A stretch of 64,000 nucleotides of DNA from Candidatus Latescibacterota bacterium (GTDB lineage Bacteria > Latescibacterota > UBA2968 > UBA8231), in the NCBI GenBank assembly GCA_965217585.1, contig OZ244561.1, forward strand, positions 2,752,001-2,816,000. The letters are read 5' to 3'. Below are positions 37,566-46,968 of this stretch, one piece after another (position 1 is the first letter of the stretch; each line of letters begins with the position of its first letter). The notes under the pieces are model-generated. The model saw only the letters and a list, made by a program, of their open reading frames with translations. It searched no databases and was not told where the DNA came from. Made by a program: the position numbers and the translations under genes.

Positions 37566-40004
37566 ATGGCTTTGAAGAAGTCGCAACTCTACTCGTCGCT
37601 GTGGCAAAGCTGCGACGAGTTGCGCGGCGGCATGGACGCTTCGCAGTACAAGGACTACGTCCTAACGCTGCTGTTTATGAAGTACGTCTCGGACAAGTAC
37701 GCTGACGATCCGTACCCGCTCATTGAAGTTCCACCCGGCGGCAGTTTCGCGGACATGGTAACGCTCAAGGGCGACAAGGAGATCGGCGATAAGATCAACA
37801 AGATCATCGGCCAGCTTGCCGAGGCTAACGACCTCAAGGGCGTCATCGATCAGGCCGATTTCAACGACGAGAGCAAGCTCGGCACGGGCAAGGAAATGCA
37901 GGATCGGCTCTCCAAGTTGGTCGCCATATTCGAGGGCCTCGACTTCCGCGCCAACCGCGCCGAAGGCGACGACCTGCTCGGCGATGCCTACGAATACTTG
38001 ATGCGGCACTTTGCCACTGAGTCGGGCAAGAGCAAGGGGCAGTTCTATACGCCGGCCGAGGTCTCACGCATTATGGCGCAAGTGGTCGGCATTGGCTCGG
38101 ATACCCAACAGGACCGGACGATCTACGACCCGACTTGTGGTTCTGGTTCGCTGCTGCTGAAGGCTGCGGACGAAGCGCCGCGCGGCATTACCGTTTACGG
38201 CCAGGAGATGGACAACGCCACCTATGCGCTGGCGCGGATGAACATGATCCTGCACGGCCACGAGACCGCCGAACTCTGGCGCGGCAACACCTTGGCCGCT
38301 CCGTACTTCAAGAACCCGGACGACCGTCTCAAGATCTTTGATTTTGCCGTCGCCAATCCGCCCTTTTCCGCCAAGGCTTGGTCCAGCGGTCTCGATCCGG
38401 CTAACGACGAGTTTGGGCGTTTTGCCTACGGGATCCCACCGGCGAAGAATGGAGACTATGCCTTCCTCTTGCATCTGATTGCGTCGCTCAATAGCAAGGG
38501 CAAGGGCGCAATCATCCTGCCGCACGGTGTGCTGTTTCGCGGCAACAAGGAGGCGGACATCCGCAAAAATCTCATCCGGCGTGGCTTTATCAAGGGTATC
38601 ATCGGTCTGCCGACCAACCTGTTCTACGGCACTGGCATTCCCGCCTGCATCTTGGTTCTCGATAAAGAGAATGCCCACGCCCGCAGCGGCATCTTCATGA
38701 TCGACGCGAGCAAGGGCTTCCTCAAGGACGGCAACAAGAATCGCCTGCGCGCCCAAGACATCCACCGGATCGTCGATGTGTTCAATCGGCAGACCGAGGT
38801 GCCGCGCTATTCTCGCATGGTGCCGGTGTCCGAGATCGCCAGTCCGGCGAACGACTATAATCTGAACATTCCGCGCTACATCGATTCCAGCGAACCGGAA
38901 GACCTGCACGACCTCGACGCGCATTTGCACGGTGGCATCCCCGACCGCGATCTCGACGCGCTCGGCACCTACTGGGACGTCTTTCCCTCGCTGCGTCAAG
39001 CGTTGTTTGTGGGCAACGGGCGGGTGGGCTACAGCGAGGCTCGCGTTGAGACGCCGCAAGTGAAGGCCGCCATTCTCGGTCATGGGGAGTTCGGGTCGTA
39101 CGAGGCGCGGGTCGCCGGTATCTTCGACGCTTGGCGTGAGGCGCACGAGCCGATTCTCAAGGGACTGGAGATAGACGCCAATCCCAAGGACATCATTCGC
39201 ACTCTGGCGGAGGATATGCTGGCGAGATTTGCCGACGTACCGCTGCTCGACGCGTACGATGTGTATCAGCGGCTGATGGACTATTGGGACGAGGTGATGC
39301 AGGACGATATGTATCTCATCGCCGCGGACGGTTGGGGCGAGGCGGCCAAGCCGCGCGGTATCGAAGACAAAGACAAAAAGATCAAAGAGACGCCGGACCT
39401 TACTATCAAGCGCAAGAAGTACAAGATGGACTTGATTCCTCCGGAGTTGATCGTCGCGCGTTACCTAGCCGATGAACAGGCCGCTGTCGAGGCGCTACAG
39501 GCCAAGCAGGAAGTGGCCGCGCGCGAGTTGGAGGAGTTCGTCGAAGAGCACACCGGCGAGGAGGGTTTGCTGGAAGACGCGGTGAACGACAAGGGCAAGG
39601 TCACCAAGGGCGGCGTGATGGAGCGGCTCAAGGCCATCCGGTACGAGCCGGAGAGCGACGAGGAACGCGATGCCCTCAAGCAATGTCGGACGTTGATTGA
39701 GTCTGACGCCGAGGCGGCCAAGGCTGTCAAGGAGGCCCAAGCTCGTTTGGATGAGCAGGTGCTGGCCCGCTATGGCGCGCTCACCGAAGCCGAGATCAAG
39801 ACGCTGGCGGTCGAGGACAAGTGGTTTGCCAGCATCCGGGGCGCTATCGAGGGTGAGGTGCAGCGGCTGACCCAGCAGCTCGCCGGGCGGGTGAAGGAAC
39901 TGGAAGAGCGCTACGCCTGTCCGCTGCCGGAGTTGGAGCGGGAGGTGGAGGCGTTTGGCGATAAGGTTGAGGGGCACTTGAAGCGGATGGGGATTTCGCT
40001 ATGA
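37566..40004 (+). CDS. hsdM: Type I restriction-modification methyltransferase subunit M
   Basis: DELRGGMDASQYKDY, GQFYTP, YDPTCGSG, ANPPF, LPHGVLFRG. Confidence 0.95.
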   Translation: MALKKSQLYSSLWQSCDELRGGMDASQYKDYVLTLLFMKYVSDKYADDPYPLIEVPPGGSFADMVTLKGDKEIGDKINKIIGQLAEANDLKGVIDQADFNDESKLGTGKEMQDRLSKLVAIFEGLDFRANRAEGDDLLGDAYEYLMRHFATESGKSKGQFYTPAEVSRIMAQVVGIGSDTQQDRTIYDPTCGSGSLLLKAADEAPRGITVYGQEMDNATYALARMNMILHGHETAELWRGNTLAAPYFKNPDDRLKIFDFAVANPPFSAKAWSSGLDPANDEFGRFAYGIPPAKNGDYAFLLHLIASLNSKGKGAIILPHGVLFRGNKEADIRKNLIRRGFIKGIIGLPTNLFYGTGIPACILVLDKENAHARSGIFMIDASKGFLKDGNKNRLRAQDIHRIVDVFNRQTEVPRYSRMVPVSEIASPANDYNLNIPRYIDSSEPEDLHDLDAHLHGGIPDRDLDALGTYWDVFPSLRQALFVGNGRVGYSEARVETPQVKAAILGHGEFGSYEARVAGIFDAWREAHEPILKGLEIDANPKDIIRTLAEDMLARFADVPLLDAYDVYQRLMDYWDEVMQDDMYLIAADGWGEAAKPRGIEDKDKKIKETPDLTIKRKKYKMDLIPPELIVARYLADEQAAVEALQAKQEVAARELEEFVEEHTGEEGLLEDAVNDKGKVTKGGVMERLKAIRYEPESDEERDALKQCRTLIESDAEAAKAVKEAQARLDEQVLARYGALTEAEIKTLAVEDKWFASIRGAIEGEVQRLTQQLAGRVKELEERYACPLPELEREVEAFGDKVEGHLKRMGISL

Positions 40005-40007
40005 GTC
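39942..40007 (+). repeat. hsdM 3'-end repeat (A), further copies at 41223..41273 and 42538..42567
   Basis: GAGGGGCACTTGAAGCGGATGGGG shared with the second copy; TTGAAGCGGATGGGGATT(T/G)CGCTATGAGTC 29/30 with the third. Confidence 0.9.
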
Positions 40008-41140
40008 GAAAATTCGATTTTGAGAATCTCGTGGAGTTGTGTCGGCGAACCCACGAGGAAACACAACGCTCGGCGGCGCGTACCGTCGATAGTTCACTTG
40101 TAGTGCGAAACTATCTGTTCGGCTGGTATATCGTCGAGTATGAACAGCATGGCGCGGATAGGGCGGAATACGGCAGTCAGACCCTGCGAAAGCTCTCTGC
40201 TGCTTTGACGGCCACTATTGGTCGAGGCTTCGGCGAGAGAAATTTGCGGCAGATAAGGCAATTCTATCTGCGCTACAGCAGCCTACTGCAACAGCCTGCG
40301 ACACCACAGACTGATGGCTCCGAGATTTGGCAGACACCGTCTGCCAAATTCACAACTCCGGATCCAGAATCTCTCGCGCTACGAGCCATGACGACAGACT
40401 TGGCCCATCAAATCTCCCTCGGCTGGTCCCACTACGTCACTCTTCTGACCATCGACAATCCCGAAGAGCGCCGCTTTTACGAGGTTGAGGCTGCGGGCAA
40501 CGGCTGGAGTGTGCGCGAGTTGGAGCGGCAGATCGCCAGCTCCCTGTACGAGCGGCTCGCACTCAGCCGCGACAAGGAGGAAGTTCGTCGGCTTGCCAGC
40601 GAGGGGCAGGTGATCGAGAAGTCATCAGACTTGATTAAGAACCCACTGGTGCTGGAGTTTCTTGGGTTGAAGGAAAAGCCCGTCTATTCCGAAAGCGAAC
40701 TGGAAACAGCGATTATCGACCGGCTTCAGCACTTCTTGCTGGAGTTGGGCAAGGGATTTCTGTTCGAGGCGCGGCAGAAGCGGTTTACTTTCGACAACAG
40801 TCATTTCCGCGTGGATCTCGTTTTCTACAACCGGCTACTGCGCTGCTATGTTCTGATTGACCTCAAACGCGGCGAATTGACCCATCAGGACTTGGGTCAG
40901 ATGCAGATGTACGTCAACTACTTTGACCGCTATGTGAAGACTGACGACGAACTTCCGACCATCGGTATTGTGCTCTGTGGCCGCAAGAACGATGCCGTGG
41001 TTGAGCTGACGCTACCGGAAGAAGCCAACATCTACGCGTCGAAATACCAACTCTATCTGCCGTCGAAACAGGAGCTTGTAGCCCAACTGGAGAGCATCCA
41101 GAGAGAGTTGAACTATCGGGAAGGCGCAGACGATGAATAG
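40001..41140 (+). CDS. DUF1016/YhcG-family PD-(D/E)XK nuclease
   Basis: GWSHY, WSVRELERQI, KNPLVLEFL, FLLELGKGF, DLGQMQMYVNY. Confidence 0.92.
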   Translation: MSRKFDFENLVELCRRTHEETQRSAARTVDSSLVVRNYLFGWYIVEYEQHGADRAEYGSQTLRKLSAALTATIGRGFGERNLRQIRQFYLRYSSLLQQPATPQTDGSEIWQTPSAKFTTPDPESLALRAMTTDLAHQISLGWSHYVTLLTIDNPEERRFYEVEAAGNGWSVRELERQIASSLYERLALSRDKEEVRRLASEGQVIEKSSDLIKNPLVLEFLGLKEKPVYSESELETAIIDRLQHFLLELGKGFLFEARQKRFTFDNSHFRVDLVFYNRLLRCYVLIDLKRGELTHQDLGQMQMYVNYFDRYVKTDDELPTIGIVLCGRKNDAVVELTLPEEANIYASKYQLYLPSKQELVAQLESIQRELNYREGADDE

Positions 41141-41291
41141 CGGGCAAGGGACAATGGGCAGCGCCGTTGGAGCCGGACGCCGTGCGCTGTCGAAAGAGGT
41201 ACCAGTGGGTTACAAGCGGACTGAGATGGAGGTGTTCGGCGCGAAGGTCGAGGGGCACTTGAAGCGGATGGGGCTGGGAGCGGTGCGATGA
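41133..41291 (+). CDS. 52-aa hybrid mini-ORF: HsdS N-terminus fused in frame to HsdM C-terminus
   Basis: MNSGQGTMGSAVGAGRRALSKEVPVGYKRTE|MEVFGAKVEGHLKRMGLGAVR; overlaps both neighbours. Confidence 0.7.
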   Translation: MNSGQGTMGSAVGAGRRALSKEVPVGYKRTEMEVFGAKVEGHLKRMGLGAVR

Positions 41292-42541
41292 AACGATTGG
41301 AACTTCTCGAACTGATAGCCGGGGGCGAAAACTCTGGAGTGGAGTTCAAGCGGGATGATTTGCGTCCGGAGCAACTGGCGCGGGAAGTGGTGGCTCTCGC
41401 CAACTTTCAGGGGGGTCGCGTCCTGCTCGGAGTGGAAGACGACGGCACCATCACCGGCATACAGAGAGACGATCTCGAACAGTGGGTGATGGATTCCGTG
41501 TTTGGGCGCGTGGTGCATCCGATGATACTGCCATTCTACGAGGAGGTTCCGATAGATGACGTTCGCCGCGTCGCGGTTGTCACTGTCACGCAAGGTGCCA
41601 CCAAACCCTATGTCGTCCGGTATCGCGGCAGGGAAGACATCTACGTACGGATCGGCAGTACCTCTCGGCTGGCCTCGCGCGAGCAGCAGGCGCGGCTTTT
41701 TGCTGCCGGTGGGCTGATTCACACGGAGCTATTGCCCGTTTCCGGCAGCGGTCTGTGCGATTTGAGCCGGGAACGGTTGGCGGACTATCTCACCGCTATT
41801 GTCGGCGACCGGGAAGTGCCGGAGACCGACGAGGCGTGGAACGAGCGGCTTTGCGCGCTGGGATTCATGGTCGAGCGGGAGGACGGCCCGCCCGCCTGTA
41901 CGATCGCCGGATTGATCCTGTTCGGCTATCGGCCGCGCCGCCTGTTGCGCCATGCCGGCATCCGCTGGATGTGCTTTGAGGGGCGGGAGAAAACCTACGA
42001 TGCCCTTGACGATCAAGTGATTGAAGGGCCGCTTGTCGATCATTGGCAGGTGCTGTCGGGGGGTCGTGAACTGGTGGAGAAGGGGCTGATTGAACGCCTT
42101 GCCGATGCGATGCGGCCGTTTGTATCCGAGGAGGCTGGCCAAGTAGAAGAATCCATGCGCCGGGAACGACGCTGGCACTATCCGCTGGAAGCGCTGCGCG
42201 AAGGCGTTGTCAATGCGCTGACGCATCGGGATTGGACGCGGTACGAGGAGATTGAGGTGGTCCGTTATGCGGACCGGATAGAGATACTCAGCCCTGGTGC
42301 ACTGCAAAACGGCATGACGGTCGAAAAAATGGTTGCTGGTCAACGGGTTCCCCGCAATCTGCTCATCTCCGAGACGCTGCGGGACTACAGCTATTCGGAT
42401 GCACGCGGCATGGGGGTGCGGAACAAGATCATTCCGTTGATGCGGGCGCACAACGGCGTTGACCCGGAGTTTGAGGCGACGGAGGACTACTTGCGGTTGA
42501 CGCTGCGCCGAGGTTCGGCACAAAGGCCGAGGGACGATTGA
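41288..42541 (+). CDS. Schlafen/AlbA_2 domain plus HATPase_c_4 (RecG-C-like) protein
   Basis: GENSGVEFK, VALANFQGG, GVEDDG, YVRIGS, LREGVVNALTHRDW, RGMG. Confidence 0.88.
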   Translation: MKRLELLELIAGGENSGVEFKRDDLRPEQLAREVVALANFQGGRVLLGVEDDGTITGIQRDDLEQWVMDSVFGRVVHPMILPFYEEVPIDDVRRVAVVTVTQGATKPYVVRYRGREDIYVRIGSTSRLASREQQARLFAAGGLIHTELLPVSGSGLCDLSRERLADYLTAIVGDREVPETDEAWNERLCALGFMVEREDGPPACTIAGLILFGYRPRRLLRHAGIRWMCFEGREKTYDALDDQVIEGPLVDHWQVLSGGRELVEKGLIERLADAMRPFVSEEAGQVEESMRRERRWHYPLEALREGVVNALTHRDWTRYEEIEVVRYADRIEILSPGALQNGMTVEKMVAGQRVPRNLLISETLRDYSYSDARGMGVRNKIIPLMRAHNGVDPEFEATEDYLRLTLRRGSAQRPRDD

Positions 42542-42585
42542 AGCGGATGGGGATTGCGCTATGAGTCAAACGAAAGAAAAATAAA

Positions 42586-42897
42586 ATGTCCGCACCAAGA
42601 CCTCGGTACAGCAAAGAGGAGTTTGCTCGCCGTGGCGATGAGATTTACGACCGAGATATAAGCCCTCATGTTGGACCTGACGACGAAGGTAAATTCGTGG
42701 TCATCGACATTGAGACGGGAGCATATGAGATTGATCAGGATGAACTGGCTGCATCCGACCGGCTTCTTGCCCGCAGACTTGATGCACAAATTTGGACAAG
42801 GCGTGTCAGATCCCGGTATGCTCGCCGCCTGCCGCGCAGATTGAACAGACAGTGTCTGCGAAATTCACGACCGCTGCTGCCATTCGAGATCAGGTGA
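42586..42897 (+). CDS. Small hypothetical protein (DUF5678-like)
   Basis: EEFARRGDEIYDRDI...GKFVVIDIETGAYEID; 3' tail may be a scar. Confidence 0.65.
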   Translation: MSAPRPRYSKEEFARRGDEIYDRDISPHVGPDDEGKFVVIDIETGAYEIDQDELAASDRLLARRLDAQIWTRRVRSRYARRLPRRLNRQCLRNSRPLLPFEIR

Positions 42898-42902
42898 ACT
42901 TG

Positions 42903-44120
42903 ATGGATAGCGGGCAAGGGACAATGGGCAGCGTCCTTGGAAATAGACGCCGTGTGCTATCGGAAGAGGTGCCAGTGGGTTACAAGCGGACTGAGGTGGG
43001 GGTGATTCCAACTGATTGGATTGTTACTCGTCTTGGCGGCTGCGGTGAGATAATCATGGGTCAGTCCCCGCCCGGTACGTCCTATAACAGGTCAGGCGTT
43101 GGTAGTCCACTGATCAATGGCCCCACTGAGTTCACTGAATTACATCCAGTCAAAGTTCAATGGACGACACAGCCTGCGAGGTTTTGTAAGCCCGGAGACC
43201 TGTTGATTTGTGTGCGAGGAAGCTCTACCGGGCGTACCAATTATGCAGACGAAATATATGCGATCGGTCGCGGCGTCGCTGCGATACGAGCCAAAGCCGA
43301 CAATGACACGCAATACTTGAGCTATCAAGTGATATCGGGGGTATCCGATCTTCTGGCGGCAGCGACGGGATCTACATTCCCAAGCGTCGATGGCGCATCA
43401 TTCAGGAAGATCCTCGTTTTATTGCCTTCTCCAGCCGAACAACGCGCCATGGCCGAGGCGTTGTCGGATGTGGATGGGTTGCTCGCGGCGTTGGAGGCGC
43501 TGATCGCCAAGAAGCGGGCCATCAAGCAGGCCGCCATGCAGCAACTCCTCACCGGCAAGAGCCGCCTGCCGGGGTTTAGCGGGGCGTGGGAGACGAAGCG
43601 GTTGGGGGAGATCGCACCACTACAAAGAGGTTTTGATTTGCCCACCTCACAAATCCAACCAGGATCATACGCTGTCGTTTATTCAAATGGTGTCTTACAG
43701 CACCATGAACGGGCGATGGTGAAGGGTCCGGGCGTCGTCACTGGGCGATCAGGGACAATTGGGAAAGTTCATTTCATCGAAAAGGACTACTGGCCGCATA
43801 ACACAGCTCTTTGGGTCACGTCCTTTCGCGAGAACGACCCGAAGTTCATTTACTACCTTTACACCCACATCAATCTCGTACAATTCCTGTCTGGCTCAGG
43901 CGTTCCTACGTTGAATCGAAATGATGTTCATCAGCATCTCGTCGCTTGTCCCCCTCTCCCAGAGCAACGCGCCATCGCCGCCGTCCTCTCCAACATGGAC
44001 GCCGAGATCGCCGCGCTGGAACGACGCCGGGCCAAGACCCGCGCCGTCAAGCAGGGCATGATGCAGCAGCTTCTCACCGGCCGGGTGAGGCTGGTCAAAT
44101 CGGAGCAGTCATGGCGGTAA
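42903..44120 (+). CDS. hsdS: Type I R-M specificity subunit S
   Basis: VPVGYKRTEVGVIP; two TRDs; repeated EQRA..A.LS.D...KQ..MQQLLTG helices. Confidence 0.95.
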   Translation: MDSGQGTMGSVLGNRRRVLSEEVPVGYKRTEVGVIPTDWIVTRLGGCGEIIMGQSPPGTSYNRSGVGSPLINGPTEFTELHPVKVQWTTQPARFCKPGDLLICVRGSSTGRTNYADEIYAIGRGVAAIRAKADNDTQYLSYQVISGVSDLLAAATGSTFPSVDGASFRKILVLLPSPAEQRAMAEALSDVDGLLAALEALIAKKRAIKQAAMQQLLTGKSRLPGFSGAWETKRLGEIAPLQRGFDLPTSQIQPGSYAVVYSNGVLQHHERAMVKGPGVVTGRSGTIGKVHFIEKDYWPHNTALWVTSFRENDPKFIYYLYTHINLVQFLSGSGVPTLNRNDVHQHLVACPPLPEQRAIAAVLSNMDAEIAALERRRAKTRAVKQGMMQQLLTGRVRLVKSEQSWR

Positions 44121-44590
44121 CGTACTTAGACCAGGAGATCGAGTCGTTGGTACAGGAGCGCAAGCCTGCGCCTGCCGATTGGCACAATCGGATTCGTCTA
44201 AAACCCAAGCGGGGGCACGATGAGGAGCAACTGGATCTGACCGGTGATGCAGGTAACGAGTTCCGCTTGATCTTTAGGCAGAACAAGATCAATCCGCTCG
44301 ACTTCTCGGTCATCCTAGCTGTTCGAGTTCCGGGATTGAGCCAGATATTTCGCCTCCGGCGCTACAACGGCAAGAGCCACGAACACACCAACCATATCGA
44401 AGACGTCACATTTTATGATTTTCACATTCACATTGCGACGGAGCGGTATCAGGAGCGCGGAACACGAGAGGACGCCTACGCCGAGCCGACTGATCGTTAT
44501 GGCGATTTCCACGGTGCCCTTCGCTGTCTAATTAACGACGCGAATCTCGAAGTCCCGCCCGAATCGCAGGGCAACCTTTTCGAGGAGTAG
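44111..44590 (+). CDS. Hypothetical protein (DUF6978-like, His-rich)
   Basis: RLRRYNGKSHEHTN...FHIH; overlaps the hsdS stop; paired with the DUF1828-like gene. Confidence 0.7.
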   Translation: MAVTYLDQEIESLVQERKPAPADWHNRIRLKPKRGHDEEQLDLTGDAGNEFRLIFRQNKINPLDFSVILAVRVPGLSQIFRLRRYNGKSHEHTNHIEDVTFYDFHIHIATERYQERGTREDAYAEPTDRYGDFHGALRCLINDANLEVPPESQGNLFEE

Positions 44591-44593
44591 TAA

Positions 44594-45373
44594 GTGATGT
44601 CCATCGAGACCATAGAGCGAGATTTTCACCAGAAGGTTTCGGCGAAGGTTCGGCTAGCAGCCGAGGGCATGGAACGCTTCCGCGTGTTTACTCCGTTCCT
44701 GTTCGAGGACGGCGACCACTTAGCCATTGTCCTGAAAAAGGAGGGAGCGCGGTGGGTACTGTCCGATGAGGCGCATACGTACATGCACCTAACCTATGAC
44801 ATTGATGAGAGGGATTTTCATGGCGGCACGCGCCAGAAGATCATCTCCAACGCACTGTCCACGTTCCAGATTGAGGACCGCGATGGCGAGTTGGTACTCG
44901 ACGTGCCGAATGAACGTTACGGTGACGCGCTGTATTCCTTTGTGCAGGCGCTTCTCAAGATCTCCGACGTGTCGTACTTGTCGCGGGAACGGATTCGGTC
45001 CACGTTCATGGAGGATTTTCGGGCACTGTTGAGTGAAGCTGTCCCGGAAGAGCGCAGGAGTTTTGACTGGAGCGATCCCAGACATGACCCCCACGGGATG
45101 TACACCGTGGACTGCCGAATCAACGGCATGCCCCGACCGCTTTTCGTTCACGCCCTCACCAGTGACGGCAGGACCCGCGATACTACGATCGCGCTGCTCC
45201 AGTTCGAGAAGTGGAATATCCCGTTTCGTTCCCTAGCCATCTTCGAGGATCAGGAGTCGATCAATCGCAAGGTGTTGGCACGCTTCAGCGATGTCTGCGA
45301 GAAGCAGTTCTCCAGCCTCACCGCGAACCGGGAAAGGATCACACGCTTTCTGCATGAAAGCATCTCAGGATGA
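44594..45373 (+). CDS. DUF1828-like protein
   Basis: [33 protein letters not shown]. Confidence 0.75.
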   Translation: MMSIETIERDFHQKVSAKVRLAAEGMERFRVFTPFLFEDGDHLAIVLKKEGARWVLSDEAHTYMHLTYDIDERDFHGGTRQKIISNALSTFQIEDRDGELVLDVPNERYGDALYSFVQALLKISDVSYLSRERIRSTFMEDFRALLSEAVPEERRSFDWSDPRHDPHGMYTVDCRINGMPRPLFVHALTSDGRTRDTTIALLQFEKWNIPFRSLAIFEDQESINRKVLARFSDVCEKQFSSLTANRERITRFLHESISG

Positions 45374-45394
45374 GACACCAGGAACTCACGGAGC

Positions 45395-46069
45395 TTGAGC
45401 GTGCCGACGAATATCCACCTAGACTACGCCAGTCCCCTCACGATTCAGATTCGCGTGCACGACGACCGGATCACAATCTGGAATGCGGTGCAGTTGCCAC
45501 CTGAACGGGCTACAGGTCAACTTGCCGGGGAACTTTCGTCAAAGCCGTATAACCCGCGAATCGCCTACGCGTTCTTCCGTGCCGGAATGATCGAAGCTTG
45601 GGGACGGGGTATCTGGCGAATCGTGGAAATGTGCAAAGAGGCTGGCAACCCCACGCCACAGTGGAAGCTGGAAGCTGGCGGTGACGGTCTGTGGTTGAGG
45701 TTCCCGTTCTCTGCCGCGTACTTGGACTTGGACAGGGAAACAAGGCAAGTCATAGGGAGGCCAGAGTCGCAAGTAGACCGGAATCAAGATGGGGTGCAAG
45801 ATGGGGTGCAAGCTGAATTGTCAGTCAGAGATGTTGCCATGCTGCAAGCTTGTATTCAAGGAGCGACTACGAGTAAGGGATTGCGAGCGGCTGCGAGCTA
45901 TTCGACGCGAACGAGGAGCTTCGAGCAGCGGCTTGAGCGACTCCTGCAAGAAGAATTGTTGGAAATGACTCTCCCTGACAAACCGAGGAGTCCATTGCAG
46001 GAGTATCGGCTGACGGACAAGGGGCGGGCCGCGCTCGCAAGTCTGAATCCAGAGAGCACACAGACATAA
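45395..46069 (+). pseudogene. 5'-truncated HATPase_c_4 plus C-terminal winged-HTH protein
   Basis: IHLDY..IQIRVHDDRITIWN, PYNPRIA, IEAWGRG, EMTLPDKPRSPLQEYRLT; begins mid-domain. Confidence 0.7.
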
Positions 46070-46170
46070 GCGCCTTCGCCTCGGCCATCTTCCGCCTCGC
46101 TTCCGCACGGGGAAAGCTGGTCAATCGGCAGGCCGTCGCTTAGGTTTGCCTCCGCGAAAGGAGGAATCGC

Positions 46171-46968
46171 ATGGCGTCAGAATACAAGGTTTTGCTCATC
46201 GGTGGGCGCGGCACGATTGGCTCGGGCCTGCGGACCTATATGCCGAGGCTCGACCCGCGCTACCGCATGGTTTCCGTGGATTTGCCCGGCGCGCCAGATA
46301 AGGCGACCGAGCCGGATGCCGGAGGGGATTTTATCGACCTCGATATTACGGAGTCGCCGGATGCTTTCCGCGCCTTGATCCCCGGGTGCGACTTGGTCGT
46401 CTATCTGGCTCGCGGCGGCGACTTGGCGGCCATGCACCGGATGACCGACTTGGTGTTTGCAGCGGTGTTGGCCCAAGACGAGCCGCCGATGATCGTCGGT
46501 TCCAGCTCGGTGCACGCGGTCGATGGGCTGTACGCCTTTCACCAGCCGGGTTTCTTTTGGACCTTGGCCGAGCGGCGGTTCGACGAGATAACCGATTGGC
46601 CCGAACGGATTTCCGCGGCCGTGCCCGCGCATCCGATCAACGACTACGGACGCGAAAAAGCCCACGTGGAAGAGTGGGCGCAAAAGGTCGCCGACCAGGG
46701 CCACAGCGCGGTTGCCATGCGCTGGGGCGGCGTCAACGCGCGAAACGCCGTCCGCGTACCGGAGCGGGGCTACTTTGCCGTCTGGTGCCATCAAGAGGAC
46801 GCTGCCCGCTTGGTCCACGCCTGCTTCCAGCGGCATTGCGCCGGCGACCTGCCCAGCGGTGCGCATTACTTTGCGATCTCGGACAACACCTATAACATCT
46901 TTGACATTGAAACGCCCCGGCGGGAAGTCGGCTACGACCCGGTGCACAACGCGGAGACGTATTACTAA
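46171..46968 (+). CDS. NAD-dependent epimerase/dehydratase (uronate dehydrogenase-like)
   Basis: IGGRGTIG, SSSVHA, YxxxK (YGREK); AGGAGG RBS. Confidence 0.82.
   Translation: MASEYKVLLIGGRGTIGSGLRTYMPRLDPRYRMVSVDLPGAPDKATEPDAGGDFIDLDITESPDAFRALIPGCDLVVYLARGGDLAAMHRMTDLVFAAVLAQDEPPMIVGSSSVHAVDGLYAFHQPGFFWTLAERRFDEITDWPERISAAVPAHPINDYGREKAHVEEWAQKVADQGHSAVAMRWGGVNARNAVRVPERGYFAVWCHQEDAARLVHACFQRHCAGDLPSGAHYFAISDNTYNIFDIETPRREVGYDPVHNAETYY

Noticed and set aside
38064-39146. 360-aa antisense ORF inside hsdM, and similar long shadow ORFs elsewhere
   Set aside because: Expected by-product of high-GC codon bias; no recognisable motifs
45785-45812. 12-bp tandem repeat encoding QDGVQDGVQ
   Set aside because: Short linker repeat before the winged-HTH; not distinctive
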